64,000 nt of DNA from the human T2T-CHM13v2.0 reference genome, Homo sapiens (GCF_009914755.1 NC_060941.1), one strand, 5' to 3'. Numbered from the stretch's first letter, positions 33,477-52,659 are shown. Notes: generated by a model not told the origin, from the letters alone. A program made the numbers and translations.

Positions 33477-33807
33477 CTAGAAAAAAAGAAGAAGCCTTTT
33501 TTAACTGCAGAAGATTCAAATTCAGTTGCTCTCCACCTTTTCCCAACCCTAACACATCTAAAGGATATGATACATTGATATCTTCCAGCAGGAGAGCTGA
33601 GTGCTCAATTATTTACTTTCTCACAATCAAATAAAGGAAATTTTTTTTTAATTTAAAAAGATGACAGAAAAAAAACAGCATATTAAATGTGAGTCATAAG
33701 AAAAGATACTGCCATTTTATTAGCATATCTACTTTAATTCCTTTCAGGGCATTATTTTTAATTTCACACTTTCTTCCTTAGAAAGATGGCCATTTATTTC
33801 ATTCTGA

Positions 33808-34159
<352 letters not shown>

Positions 34160-34419
34160 GATTTTATTGTTTTTATATATCTAATATATTTCCTCAAAAA
34201 TATCTATGTTAATAAAAAGATGTATCTCAATTTAAACAACTTTGAAATGAACAAACAAGTACTATATCACCTTTGTATATAACTAGTTTGGTTGTCAATT
34301 TTTCCATTACATATTGACATTCTTTCTTTAACATTTATTGTGGCCAAACAATACACTGTGCCTGGTGTTGGAAATTAAACAGGCAATAAGAAGACTCAGC
34401 CTACACATCAAGAGCCTAG

Positions 34420-34645
34420 TGCAGGCGTCTATATACCATGCCCCCACTCCAATGCCATTTCCGGCTCACCAGGTTTTGTAAATAAGGTTTTCTTGGAACA
34501 CAGTCACACTCATTTGTTTACATGTTGTCTGTAGCTGCTTGTGCACTATAATGATAGAGCAGAACAGCTCCAACAGAGACCATGTGGTCCCCAAGGCTAA
34601 GATTTACTATCTGGCTTTTTACAGAAGAAGGTTGCTGACCCCTGG
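34420..34645 (+). mobile_element. MER58-like hAT-Charlie MITE within an L2 remnant
   Basis: ttttgtaaataaggttttcttggaacacagtcacactcatttgtttac...tttactatctggc...ttgctgacccctg. Confidence 0.75.
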
Positions 34646-37060
34646 CCTAGAGTTCAGTAGAAGATAACAATATGTAAACATATCACTAGAGGTACTGTAA
34701 GAGGATGCAACTGTAGTGCCTGAGAAAATTAAGGAAGGTTTCACAGAGGTCATGACATTCGAGTTGAATCTTACAAAAAGAGGTGGAATATTCCAAGGAG
34801 AGAAGGACATGCTAGGTAAAGGTAACAGTTTATGCAAAGGTTGAAGAAAGGAAAAGTATGGCAGATTCGGACAGCATGGGAAGTTTTGTGTACGCAGAGC
34901 TATAACTTCACTTGTTTATATATTAGTTTTCCCTTTTCAATATCAGAGGAAACTACAAGAGCCCAATCACATGAGACCCTGAATTATTCAATACTGAGTA
35001 ATTGTTTTTAATTCCATAAACTGTGGTAACTACAAAAAGTTTTTAAGCTGGGGAGTGTTGTCATCCTTCTGAAATGTAAATTTGATCATAAGTGATGACA
35101 ATGTGAAAAATAAAATATAAGATGGAAAGAGGCAATTTTTCTTTTCCGGCTCTGTCAAAACACTCCATGCATTACTTGGAGTGTAAATAAATTTGGCACG
35201 TCAATCTCCTTACAAGTTTCACTGATGAGCTAGTGACTGAGGATTGCAGAGCACTTGCCTCACCCTAGGCTCTTAAATTAGCCATAGAACTGACCACTCC
35301 CCAAAAACAGAACAAGCAGCTTGTTCCTGAGTTGCAGCTGGGGTACACTTGGTGACCAACCTGTTGCAACAAATGGTTGTGATGCAAATTGTGTGCCAAG
35401 TGCATCCTCATCTCTAATCATCTAGCTCAAATGGATTGCCATTAAATTTGGCCAATTTTAGGCCCTTAAGATTACTGAGTATGTATAAATTATCTACAAA
35501 AAGAAGTGAGAAGCACGACAATTCTATCTCAGTTTTCCCAAGTATGCAATGCCTGCTCTTCAGATGTCTCAGAACCTGCCTGATTAAGGTTCTTCATAAA
35601 CAAACATTTTCCTCCATAAATCTCCATCTTTTCAATGACTAAAATTATATTCAGCTGGGATATACTTTTTTCCAGAAGATATTGTTGATATGCATAGTTT
35701 GGTCACATGAAGGAGGTCACAATCAGGTGTCAAGGTTGTTTATGAATAAGTTGCTATCTTAATTGTCTCTATCACTTCTGACCCTGACATTGAAAGGAAG
35801 CTAGGTCTGCGTCACAGAAATTTAGATAAGGACTGTGCTATTCTACAATACTACAATTGGCTCCCTAAGCAAGGTAGAGAATGGTAAGAGCTGAAGAAGC
35901 CTGCATCTGCTACTATCAGAATCAGATTCTCCTCTATCATTTTCCTCTTAATACTGAGGAGGCACTGAGTCAAAAGAACCAGGACTAGTTCTTTTATTTT
36001 TCCTGGGCCCCAAGACAAAGCATCAGGGTGGGAGAGAAAACAAAACATGTCTTCAGGTTGCCTAGTTCTCTAACAGAGAAGAATCCTAACAGAAATTTTA
36101 AAACAAGGACATGAGAGACACTTAGATATCTTGGCTTCAGTTGCTCTGAGAGCACCTAAGACTCGTGCGATTGGTTTCGTCCCAAGCTGCCTCTGACTAC
36201 ATGTGCTGCTGGTGCAGGTGCACCATCCTGACATGCCACTCGTTCTCTCTCTGCACCACTTCCCAAACACGTACCACTTCAGCTTTCACTGCAGCCCCCA
36301 CTTATCTATCAGGAGGTTCCCTTGGCTGCCTCATTTGTACTGCAGCCCCTCCAGTGGGTACTGAATCCTTCCATATATAGAAGCTGTGAGTAAGAGATGC
36401 TTATGTGATATAAGTAACTGAATAAAGAGAATAGCTGCTTAAATAAAACTAGGCTGAGGTTGGAGATACAGATTTGGAAGTCGGTATCATGAAGTGGATA
36501 CTTAAAATTATGGATTGCACTGGTTTATAGTAAGAAACCATAGAATGCAAGACAGGTGGGACTAGGACAGAACTCTGAGAAATCCCAGCTTAAGGACTAG
36601 AGACAGATGCTTGGGGAGGCTGAGCAGGAACTTTTTAAAAAAGACGGAGGTCATGTTAGAGAGACTGTGAAAAGTAAAAATGTGTCAAAGAAAACGAAAG
36701 AAACAAGATGGTCAAAGACAGAAGTAGAAAACAGTGCCTAATACCAAGAAAAGTCAAGTAAGACTACATTTGAAGTATGTTCGTAAGAGCACAATAGTTT
36801 TAGTGAAATGTAGACTATGTGGATTAAAGAGCAAATAAGAGGTGAGGAAGAAAGGAGAAATGAGGCAGTAGCTATAAAGGAGATGAAGGTTAAAGAAATT
36901 ATCTTTTTAAAAAAATATATCAAGCAATTTGCTTACTTTAGGCTAAAAGAGATCTAAATATGCTATAGGCTGACAGGGAAGAACGAACAGCTGGAAAGAA
37001 TCCAAAGATAAATGAGGAGAAGGGACAAGGTCTATGTGGTAGTTGAAGAGGAGAGATTAA

Positions 37061-37346
<286 letters not shown>

Positions 37347-38090
37347 AAGTAGAGATTAATCTTAACGGGAACTCTTCCTCTGAGACTGGTGATCAGGAAG
37401 TAAGGGTGCTCAGGGCTATGGTAAAAGTGCTAAATTTAAGGTTACAAATTAACAAGAGCAAATCCTGATGAGGTCAGTCTGAGGCAAGCCATCCAATAGG
37501 ATAATAGAATGTGGAAGGTAATCAGGCTTGAGAAGAGTCACTGAGACAACTGGGCAAAGGAAGTGAGATACGTGTGAAAGAAATGCAGGGGAGCCCTGAT
37601 GGTTCCATTCAAATTAGAAAACAAGAACTTCCAGTGGCACTAATTCAACCAGTGACTTGATTTTCTCTAAGTAGTTTATAAGCACAGAAGCAGAGAAAAT
37701 AGATGAATGGACAGATAAAGAATTAAGGGCTTAGTGGGTATGATGAGAGAATAAGGTGAGGGACCTGAGTAAGTCTTCCCCTCTCTGAGGAAGAAGTTCT
37801 CCTTCTTCACGATAATGACACACTTGTAATGACACACCTGTAGCTCTGTCTTCATTTACTACCTTATCATAGAAAATCTCTAAATTCAATTTTATCACTG
37901 AATAACAGAATTTGAGAAAAGTATACTGATACATGAAATAGCACAGCCAAAGAAAAGATGAAGAAAGAGAAGGCAATATGGCTCACTATATCCCTGTGAA
38001 AAAATAAACATAAAGGATAAGTGTACAAAGGGAGGTATTTTTCTTTAAAACATCAAGATTCCAAGATGACCAATCAGACTAAATCCACTA

Positions 38091-38219
<129 letters not shown>

Positions 38220-40649
38220 TTATAAGTTTTCTCCAGTGGATATGACACTTCCAATGCTTATCCAATATTAGAGAAAGAGGCAGAATACTTTAAACACTTT
38301 TCACCCATTATGATCAGTGTATGACTACTTGGGTTTTGTTCTTAAATTTTCAGAGTTACAGTTTCTCTGCAAGAAAGAAAACTTACAAATGAAGCAAACT
38401 TCATTGACAAGGCAAAGCCTAATAAGGGAAAAACCTTAAAGCATCAAATAATCCCAAAGGAAACTACCCAATCTCCAGGAATTACAGCCTCATTTGCTTA
38501 AACTAGATGTGTTAAAGGCCTTCGCCTTCTTGCCTATTTATAAAGGCTCAATGCTTTGGTCACTTATAAATGCAATTAAGCAAAAATCTAAATAACGCCT
38601 CAATCTAATTTAGTAAAGGAATCTAAACATAATAAAGATATTCAGAAAGTAATGTAGTTATACTGCTTAAAAGTAATAGATATCAAACCGTGTATAAGTG
38701 GGTGATAAATAGTAGAGCAGGCAAAATTAAGGTTTTAAAAAAGCACAGTTATAATAGACAATTCATACATGGGAAAGGCTTTTAATCTACAAAAGAATTA
38801 ACCACTGGATAGTTTAAGTTCCTTGAAGGAATCCTTGATTTAGGTTCTTGTTCCAAAACATTCTTTTTGGAATTCCACTGGAACTTTGTAAAATGAATTA
38901 TCATGCCAGAATTACCTTACCATTAAGCTTCAAGAAATGAAAACTATAGTATCGGAGATGAAGAAAGCACTGAATGGAATTACCAGCAGAATAGACATTA
39001 CAGAAGAAAAATCTGGCAAATTTGAAGGCACAGAAATAGAAACTACCCAAAATGAAACATGAAGAGAAAAAAGAATGTTAAAAAAATCAGCACCCATAAA
39101 CTGTGCAAAAACTTTAAGCATCCTAATATATGGGTAATTAGAATCTCTGAAGAACAGTGGTAGGGGCAACACAGAAAAAAATATCTGAAAAGATATAAAG
39201 TTTAAAAATTTACATACTTGATAAAAATTATAAACTCAGAGATCTGAGCAACTCAACAAACCTCAAACACAAGAAACAGGAAGAAAACTACATCAAGGCA
39301 TATCATAATCAAACTGATAAAACCAGTATAAAAAGAAAATCTATAATGCAGCCAGGGAGAAAAAGACTTGTTACATACAGAAAAACACAGATAAGGATGG
39401 CATCAGATTTCTCACTGGAAAAAACGCAAGTGAGAAAATGGTAGAACAACACCATTAAAGTATCAAATGATAAAAACTGCCAACCAAGAATTCTCCACCC
39501 TACAAAAATATCTTTTAAAAATGAAAGTGAAATAAAGACATTTTCAGGCACACAAAAGCTGAAAGAACTCATCACCAGGAGACCTGCAATACAACAAATA
39601 TTTTTAAAAAGTCTTTCAGGCAAAAGAAAAATTGTATCAGCTGGAATCGTCAATATACAGAAAGAAAAATTACTAGAAATGGTAACACATGGGTAAATAC
39701 TTAAGACTATTTTTCTTATAATTTAGAACTCTTTTACTTGGCTGTTTAAACAAAAATAACAATTATGTTTTGGGGATTTGTAACATATGTAAAAGTAAAA
39801 TACATGATAACAATAGCATACAGGCTAGGAGAGAAAAAATAGCATACTTTAAGCTTCCTTTACTGTAAATGAAGTGGTAAAATATAAATTGGAAAGTAGT
39901 CTGTGATAGGTTAAAGATTTATACTATAAACCCTAAAGCAACTAGCAAAATAATAAAACAAAGAGTTGTCACTGATAAGCCAATGGAGACAAAAAGGAGT
40001 CATTAAAAAAAAAAATACTCTACCAATCCAGAAGAGGGCAGAATAAAAGGAGAAGGCGGAAAAATCAATTGGACAAATTGAAAACAAATAGCAAGATGAT
40101 AGAATCAAACTTAACTGTATCAACAATCACATTAAATGCAAATGGTCTAAACACCCCAATTAAAAGGCAGAGACTGTCACATTAGATTGAAAAATATCAA
40201 GAGCCACCTATATGTTATCTAAAATAAACAAACTTTAAATATAAAGACACAAATAGATTAAAAGTAAAAGGTAAAAATACACACACACACACACACACAC
40301 ACACCATGCTATCACTTGATAAGAGAAAGCTGAAGAGGCTACACTGATATCACACAAAGTAGATCTCAAACCAGAGAATATTTTCAGGGACAAAGAAGGT
40401 CATTCCATAACGATAAACGAGTTAATTAATCAAGAGTATGCAATCCTAAACATTTATCTCCTAATAATAGAACTTCAAAATTCATCAAGAACTCACAGAA
40501 CTTAGAAACCTGAACATTGAAAATTAGACAAATACCAATTATATTGGGAGATTTCAATACCCCTCCTCAGTAATTGATAGAAAGAGTAGAATCAGCAAGG
40601 ATACAATAGACCTGAACAACTCTACCAACCAACTTGACCTAATTAACAT

Positions 40650-41007
<358 letters not shown>

Positions 41008-41221
41008 TAAACCACATTCTGGGCTGTGAAACAAATCTCATTCAAAAACATTCAAGTCATACAAAATATGTTCTCTTAACACAATGGAATTAAAGTACAA
41101 ATCAGTAACAGAAAAATTTCTAGAAAATCACCAATAATCAGCAACTAAAGCACCTTTCTAAATAATCCATGGGTCTAATTTCAAGAGAAATTAGGAAGCA
41201 TACTGAACTAAATGAAAATAA

Positions 41222-41642
<421 letters not shown>

Positions 41643-42360
41643 TGAAAACTTTTTTTAATGCTGAAAAAAAAATAAAGACCTAATAGAAAAAAATGGAGAG
41701 ATATATACTCCGTTCAAAGATCAAAAGAATCAGTATTGTTAAGATGTTAATTCTCCCCAAAGTGACCTAAAGATTAAACACAATGTCAATCCAAATCCCG
41801 GAAGGCTTTTTAGTAGGAATTGACAAGCTGATTCTAAAATACATAGAAATGCAAAAGACCTGGAATAGACACTTTTGAAAAAGAACAACGTTGGAGGACT
41901 TACACTACCTGACTTAAAGACTTTTACAAAGCTATAATAATCAAGACAGCATATTTGGTGTAAACATAAACATATGCATTAATAAAAAGTATCCACATAT
42001 AGGATCAACTGATTTTCAACAAAGGTGCCAAGGCAGTTCAATGAAGGAAGGACAGAGTTTTCAACAAATAGTGCTGGAATCACTGAACATACATATACAA
42101 AACTAAAACAAAATAACAACAAAATCTCAGTCCTTACCCTTACACTATATATAAAATTTAACTCAAAATGGACCTAATTAATGTAAGAGCTAAAAACTAT
42201 AAAACTTCTAGAAGAAAACATAAAAGAAGATCTTGGGTTAGATATATTTTTTTTAAGACACAACACCCAAAACATGATCCATAGAAGAAAAAATGGATAA
42301 AATGGACTTCAACAAAAATAAAAGCTGCTGCTCTTTGAAAGATACTGTTAAGAAAATGAA

Positions 42361-42508
42361 AGCTAGACACAGTGGCGTGTGCCTGTAGTCCCAGATACTC
42401 AGGAGGCTGAGGTGAGAGGATTGCTTGAGCCCAGGAGTTCAAGGTCAGACTGCCCAACACAGCAAGACTCTGTCTTTAAAAGGCAAAAAAAAAAAAAAAA
42501 AAAAAAAA
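42361..42508 (+). mobile_element. Alu monomer (FLAM/FRAM-like) inside L1
   Basis: Single arm with A-tail. Confidence 0.8.
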
Positions 42509-43730
42509 GGCAAGCCATATCCTGGGAGAAAATATTTTCTAAATATATATCTCATTAAAGATTAGTATCCAGAATGTATAAAGAACTCTTATAACTGAAG
42601 ACAATCAACCCAATAAAAAAGTGGGCAATAGATATAAATAGAGGTTTCATCAAACAAGATACACACATGGCAAATAAGCACAATAAAAAGATACTCAACA
42701 TCACTCATTATTAGGGACATGCAAACATGTAAATTAATACCACAATGAGATATGATTAGACATCCACTAACAAGAGTAAAATTTAAAAAAAGACTGAGCA
42801 TACCAAGTGCAAATGGTAATCTGGAACAACTGGAAATCTCATACATTACTAGTAGAAATGAAAAATGGTTCAGCCACTTTTGAAAAATAATATGGCAGTT
42901 TCTTATAAAGTTAAATATATATTTATAATATGCCCAGCAATCTCACTCCCAGGTATTTACCCAAGGGAAATAAAAACATGTTCACATGTATGTTCACAGC
43001 AGCTCTATTCATAAGGGCCAAAAATTAGATACAACTAATAGGTGTATCAAATGATGGATGAATAAACATATTGCGGTACATCCATACAACTGAATACTAA
43101 CGGTAAAAAGGAACAAACAACTGACACATATAATCTGGTGGAACAGCAAAAGCATTAAGCTAAGTGAACAAAGCTGGACACAAATAATTATAGAATTCCA
43201 TTTTTATGACATACTAGAGAGTATGGGACAAAAGTCAGATCAGTGGTTGCTCAGGGCTGGGAGCTGGAGGATGGGATTGCAAAGGGTGGAAAGAAACTTT
43301 TTGTAAATATGTAAATATCTTGTATCTTGATTTTGGTGGAAGTTAACAACTCTGGATATTGTTAAAACTCATCAATGTACGTTTTAAAAGGGTGAATTTT
43401 ACTGTATATAACTCATACCTCAATAAACTTGAATAAAAAATACAGTAATTTTTCCTTGTAATTCTAGCAGACTTGTAGTAAAAATAACCTTTATATCAAC
43501 AATCCCACAAGATTAATGCTTAGTACACCACAAAAATATTTCGAGTTAACAAAAATGTTTAACAGGAGAGGACCTTCCATCTCAATTTTAAATGACTACC
43601 ATTTTAAAGTACTCTAAATATTCAAATTTAATATTTTTTTCAGAAACTCAGTGACACCAATCATAAGTGGTAGGATTTAACCTAAAGGACCCTCTGAGGT
43701 TACATCTCAATTTTGTGTCTGTGTACATAA

Positions 43731-44074
<344 letters not shown>

Positions 44075-44170
44075 TAGATTCTCTCTCAAAGAGGTCTATA
44101 ATCCATGAAAAAGTTAACAATCATACTGTTAAAGGAACTTTCTATGTGGCTAAAACTTTACCTGTCATCA

Positions 44171-44413
<243 letters not shown>

Positions 44414-45914
44414 CTAGGTTATTAAAAAATAAAATACATGCATTAAGTATATTTTGGAAGGCAAACTGCTAGAGTGCTGCTGATTAGGGAAAAGCAAACA
44501 TACAAAGACATACAAACACACACACACACAGATGTTAATTTTCTCAAAATAAATAACTACAAAGTTGATGCTAATACTAACAATTGTGTCTTAACTGGCT
44601 AAAAAACAGCTCCCTGCACCTTTAGTATGTAATGGAAAATAGATCATTTTTCAGATTAGGAAGAAACTGAGGGCTTAAAATTGGTAATTATTCCTTGAGG
44701 CATTAAATCATTTTATAGTATTTACTTGTTTCCCCTCCATATGAATGTATACATGTCAGATTACCATAAAAATAATCTTTTAAAGTCATAATTGCATAGA
44801 AACATAGTTTAATAGACAGGGGGAAAAGTTAAGGAAGAACTTAGCCTAAGGAGTCTCAACTCAAAAAACTGGTATTCCAACTTAATATGAGTAACCACAT
44901 CATTTAATGTTCATTTATTATAGGTAAAATTCAAATAGGTCATCTGTGCTTTTAATTCAACTCCACCTTAAAATACAAAAACAGAAAACTTGTTTAAGTG
45001 TGTCTAGATATATAATCTCTGCATATTAACACAAAAGGAATAAATACAATGACATCTGAGCTACTGCTCCTATTATTTTATTATAACTGTTAAATGCAAA
45101 CTCTCAGAAATCTTACAAAATAGAAGTCTCTTTGACCTAGTAAAGTGAAATAAAAATCCTAAGGGACTTACTATTTAAAGCAGATGATGTATAGTGTTGC
45201 CAAGCTGTCTGGAAGAAATAACTGCTAAAATCCAAAGTCTGAAGTCTATGGGGAGTGGGCATGAATTACGTATTTCTCATTTACAGTCATTCTCCTTGGC
45301 TGTCATGATTGTGAACTATCCTGACCAACGTGGCTGAGAAATGTTTGCAGCTAAGCATTTTCCCATTCTGGAGTGTGGGCAAGGTTGCCAAAAACCTTTG
45401 GCAATGATCATCTCAGCCTGAAATTACAGTGCTTGCCTTAAATGAAAGAAATTGTTTCCAAGGCTAAAACTCCTGAATTGAAAATACTCGTGTCAGCAAA
45501 TTAACAAAATATTCAAAAATTCTAAAGAAAGAGAAAATGGGTTTATATACAAGACGGACGGCCTCTAAAAATCTATAGTCTTACAAAGGATAGAGTAATG
45601 TTTTTAAGTAGTAGTTAAGATTTCACAAGATGTGGAATTTCTCAAATCAATTTAGATCCAAGTGAACTAGACTAATCCAAGCCTGTGTCCTGTATTTCTT
45701 GGGAACAGTTTTTGACTTATACAAAAATAAAAAGATAAAATGAAAACATCACTTTACAAAATGAGACCAATTCATTAGCTCCGTTAACTTTTAGCTCAAT
45801 TTTCCTCAATAAAATATTTTAAAAGATTACAAATTAAATATTTAGATTTACAAATTAAATTTTAAAGATTACAAATTACAAATTAAGATTACAATTAAAT
45901 ATTTTAAAAGATTA

Positions 45915-46530
<616 letters not shown>

Positions 46531-46728
46531 AGTACAAAGGTTTCTAAATTGAATTATAATTTCTTCACAGTCACTAGTAACCTAATAACAAATTGTAAGC
46601 AACAATTCGTAATTTCAAGGTTAGAGGTAACATTTGCTTTAAAAGAAGATTATCAGCACTGAAAATTTTTTTTAAAAAAGAAGTTGGTAGAATGCTATTT
46701 GGGATTAGAACCATTTTAGTGAAACCTA

Positions 46729-46989
<261 letters not shown>

Positions 46990-47614
46990 TCAACAGCTGT
47001 ACATAGTCATCCAGAAAAAATAATTTAAATCATTCAACAGCAAAATATATTTCCCAGGTTTGCCTAAGATATCTTATCATCAAAGAATTATCAGTGTGGA
47101 AAAGTAAAGCATATTACAAAAAAAAAAAATTTTTATAATGCTCCCTAAAATTAACTTGAATTATACAAAGCATTCCTTTTATAAACTAGCATAATTTTAA
47201 ATATTTTCTGAGGAACTCAGGATGTGTCTTTCAAGAGAGAAAGCTATGCACACACTCCTAGTAAACAGTCTTCTATCTAAAAAATTATACAACTCTTCAG
47301 AATAAAGTTTTGACTTACAACTGTAACAGAACCACATACAATATGAAAGTTAAGGAATTATTTTAAAAGCACGACTATGCAATATTTAAAATAATTTAAG
47401 TACATTTTTTATCTTGAAATATTTATGATCTGATATTTGTAGGACATAAATATTTTCTGAAAATTTATGTTGCATAAAAGGCTTAAATGTTTTTCCTCAA
47501 AACCTCTGGATATGTACATGAATACCTACAAAATTGCCCCTTTTCAGAAATAACATATCAATGCACTGATAAAACCCTAAGTGTTGAATAAAAAAATTGA
47601 GAGGTTCCAAAGTG

Positions 47615-47616
<2 letters not shown>

Positions 47617-47656
<40 letters not shown>
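47617..47656. repeat. (TG)20 microsatellite followed by (GA)n
   Basis: Seen directly in the sequence. Confidence 0.97.
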
Positions 47657-47658
<2 letters not shown>

Positions 47659-47773
47659 AGAGAGAAAGAGAGAGAGAAACCATCTCCCCACCCTCCTCTT
47701 TCTTGTGGTGAAATTTGGGGAAAATCTCTTACATCATAAAAGCAAGTTTTCATAGGGTAATTTTTCCACTTAC

Positions 47774-47825
47774 CAATTCCATCATTCTGGAAGTGATCAT
47801 TCTGGGTATGATGAAGACTTTTCCC
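47774..47825 (-). CDS. HELZ: HELZ small coding exon (52 nt): GKSLHHTQNDHFQNDGI
   Basis: Acceptor ttttctttaaag|GGG, donor TTG|gtaagt. Needed to bridge phase 0 to phase 1. Confidence 0.9.
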
Positions 47826-49425
47826 CTTTAAAGAAAAACACAAATGTATAATAATTTAAGCATGTTTAGTATTAGAAAACAATAACCATTTTCCTAATCA
47901 TATGTAAATTAATGTACACATCAATAATTAAAATCTAAAAACTGTGAGTCTATAATTAATAACCATTAGACTGCTTTGAGCCAATTTTCTTTTTAAACAT
48001 TATGTCACAGCCATCTCAAATAATATTGCTGGGCCTCAAGTTTTCTCAGTTTCAAATTAAGGGTATCTAAAATTCCTTTTTTATGAATATTTTTCATTAA
48101 AATGAAATACGCAATCAACATGATTTAAATTTTATTCCTTTGCAGAAATAGAATTGCAGTTTCTCTATACATTTTCTAACAAATCACGAAACACAGAGGT
48201 TGTTTTTCAAAGTAAAAATGTTAATCTTCAAGATGAGAACCTTTAACGGAATAAAAAGAATGCAAATATGGCTTAGGATTTATGACGTTTTGAGTATAAT
48301 TCATGCTGTGTTAAAGTATAAAATTTACTTTAAAAAAACAAAAACAGGAAAAGGGGAACTGTCATTATTTGCTTGTGAGATAATCTAGCTAACTGCTAGA
48401 CAGCAATATGGCAATACATATCAACAGCATCAAAAATGTACATACGTTAACCCAGTAAGTGCACTTCCAGAAATTTATCCAAATGAAGTAATCATGCATT
48501 TGGGCACAGAGAGCATGGTTTATGTGTGTAATAAATGTTAACAATCTACATGCCCATCAGTGCAGGATTTATTAAATAAGCAATAGCAAATTCACATAAT
48601 GGTATATTTAGTCTACCATTAAAAATGATGACATTTGGGCAGAAACAGTATTTGAAGAGACAATGGTTCTGAATTTCTGGATTAAAAAAAAAATTCTCTC
48701 TTCCCATGGGCTAAAAGTAACACGTATCAAGCCAATTGAGGAAAAGTAGCACATTGCGCAACTTACCTTTAGACACACACAAATTTGTAAATTTGTAAAT
48801 TACATCTGAAAACTAAAGAGGGGATTATGTCTACAGCAGGAAAAAAAAAATCATTCTTGACAAAAGCAAAAATACAATGATGTTTGATTTACCTACCTAT
48901 CTAACTGTTGGAAAGAGCAAATATTCAGATCAGCAGTAAACACAGAAGGTTTAAGGTCAATTGGTTATGAGTGAGGAAGGGCAGCTGAAGTCAGAAAGTC
49001 ATAAAAAAGCCTCATGAAGTCAGAAAAAGACCCCCTAAAAAATCATAGTTGGTCCATTAACCTCAAGAGAAAGCATGTTCACAGTGATTGGCACCAACTA
49101 TATATATATATATATATATATACTTGTGAGGAATAGAGACGTGATAAGAAAAGCATACAGAAAAAAGGAGAAAAAGGCAAACATCAAGATGGCAAAAGTA
49201 TAAGATGAGAAGCAGGAGCAATTAGAAGAGACAAGATCAGCCAGTAGCACACACACTGACAGAAGAAAGGAGAGCCAGTGACACAAACAGCAGATAAGAC
49301 AGTTCCAAAACGGTGACAAACCATTTAGATTTCTTATCCTCCAGACCTATCACTAATTTGCTAATGACTCAACAACCAGGGACAACTGCTTAGCATGTGG
49401 AGGAAACACAGCAATTTAATCAGAG

Positions 49426-50033
49426 TGTGGCAGGCAGAATAGCCCCTGCAAAGAGGCCCACATCCTAATCCCTGGATCCTGTGAATATGTTATGTGGCAA
49501 AAGGGACTCTGTGAATATTAATTAAAGTTATAAATTTAAAATAGGGAGATTATCCTGGATTATGTGGGTGAGCCCAATCTAATCCCATGAGCCCTAAAAG
49601 CAGAGAAATTTCTCTGGCTGGAATAAGGGAGACGCAGCGGAAGAGGAAGTAAGAGAGATTCCCAGGGAAAGGAGGATTCAATGCACCACTGCTGGCTATG
49701 AGATGTAGGGGACACAGTTGAGAACTGGTAAAAAGCCTCTAGAAGTTAAGAATGATTCCCAGCTGACAGTCACCAAGGAAACAAGAACATCAGTCCTATA
49801 ACCACAGGGAACTGGATTCTACCAACAACCTGCATGATCTTGGAAGCAGATTCTTTCCAGAGCTTCCAGGTAAGGGCCCAGAAAGCCAATATCTTGATGC
49901 TGGCCTTGAGAAGCCCAGAGCAAAGAAACCAACCAAGCCAATTCAGACATCTGACTCATATAATTGCCAGGTAATCCATTTGTGTTGTCACTATGTTTGT
50001 GCTTATTCATTACAGTAGCAATAGGAAACTAAT
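49426..50033 (+). mobile_element. MLT1 (MLT1D-like) solo LTR
   Basis: tgtggcaggcagaat...gtgaatatgtta...gggagattatcctggattat...gcaataggaaactaata. Confidence 0.85.
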
Positions 50034-50323
50034 AAATAGTAACCATAATCTAGGGTAATCCTACATTGTAAAGCTGGAAGAACGCTAGACAATATATATC
50101 AGCACTATGGGTACTGTGTAGTATACTAAATTAAAAAAGCAAATTCGGGCCTATGGAGTAAAAAGATAGTGGCATGTCTACAAGTATAACTCAGCATTCC
50201 ACATGGTTCAATACAGGATACAATCCTCCAGTCACTGTATTTTGTATTTTGACTTAGCAAGAAACCATAGAACAGTAAATTTACTTAGTTTATATAAAAT
50301 ATACAGTGTTTGGTAGCTTATTA

Positions 50324-50650
<327 letters not shown>

Positions 50651-51343
50651 AGTAATAATAATGTAGCACTAAGCTAGAGCTAGCTATGTATGAAAGTCAT
50701 GTCCCCTGTTCTCTTATACCGGGAGTCTTTTGTAAAAGCTCTCTTAAGCTTTACTCATTCATTTAAAAAATACTTCTAAGTACCTATTATGAGCCAGATT
50801 TTGCTCTAGGCACAGAGGTGAGAGCAACAAATAATACAGGCAAAAATCTCTGCCTTAAGTGAGCTTATCTTCCAGTTTTTGACATGTTTCCCCAATCTCC
50901 CACTACCTCCACCCACCCAATAAACTTCTGAACAAGATCTCCTTGGTAGAAATTGCCTTCAATTTACTTCCTCTTCCTCTCACTTCCTCTCACTTCTCCA
51001 ACATGGCCACAGGAGGACTCGGGGGCTAATTTGCTACTGTGCTCCTTTAGCACCTACAATAACATCTGGCACATAGAAGTAACTTAACTGATAAATAAAC
51101 AGCTAATACATTAATAGTAAAAGCTTGAGAAATCTACAAGATTCATTTATGTACAATGTGTGATACCCTAAAAATGCCAAATCACAAGTATTATTGCACA
51201 TTAGGTCCATTTTTATTAAACTAAGAATATACAACAGTATATTAACACAGAGAATAGTTCTCAGCTGAATACCTATTTAGCTAAAAGATTTTCAAAATAT
51301 TAAACTCTTAATTACTGCTTACACATTAAGATTTACATTTTTT

Positions 51344-51632
<289 letters not shown>

Positions 51633-52329
51633 AGATTTACATTTTTTAAAGGAAGTGCAAAACTGACATACTCTTTTAATTCTTATTGGTAACTTTAATA
51701 TGCTGATGATTATAAATATCAAAGAAAAAAAACAGAACAAATACTAAACATGCCAGTCTCAGAACCTTCTTTTCTAGATGGTAAGTGCAAGCATCTTTTT
51801 CAGGCACTCTAGCAAATAAGCCGGCTGTCTCTGTCCAAAATAACTATAGTTCAAAAGTGGAAATAGCCTTGACTCCCCTGCTCCACTCCCTCTGACTGGA
51901 ATGCTTCTATACAAAAAATATGTGTCAAAATCAATTAAAGTCATCTTCAAGAAGTCAGCCAAATTTTTTTACTCTGTCAAATACCACCTCAAATAAATTG
52001 GTCATCAGTAAAGGTTCAGAATTATTTGCTTTATACAAATATCGTTATTATAACATTATTCCTTATAAAGAATATAAGGACATGTTTTAGTAAGTGTGAT
52101 AATCTTTTAAACTTCTTTGTTTTATTCACATCTCACTAAAACAACTCTATCAGTAGAGAGGATTAGAAGGTTATTTTATATAAATGATACCAGAAGTTAT
52201 CAGTATTAAAAATTATTTGAGAATGATCATAACATTAAGCATGACTAAACACCATACTGTATTTTCACTTACATGTCCACACTAAACAAGCTCCTTGCAG
52301 AAACCGCTTGCCGCCAAATGTAACCTTCA

Positions 52330-52659
<330 letters not shown>

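Noticed and set aside
35150-36370. Unique-looking block as a possible processed pseudogene or ERV internal fragment
   Set aside because: No recognisable protein similarity, poly(A) tail or target-site duplication by eye; a database search is needed.
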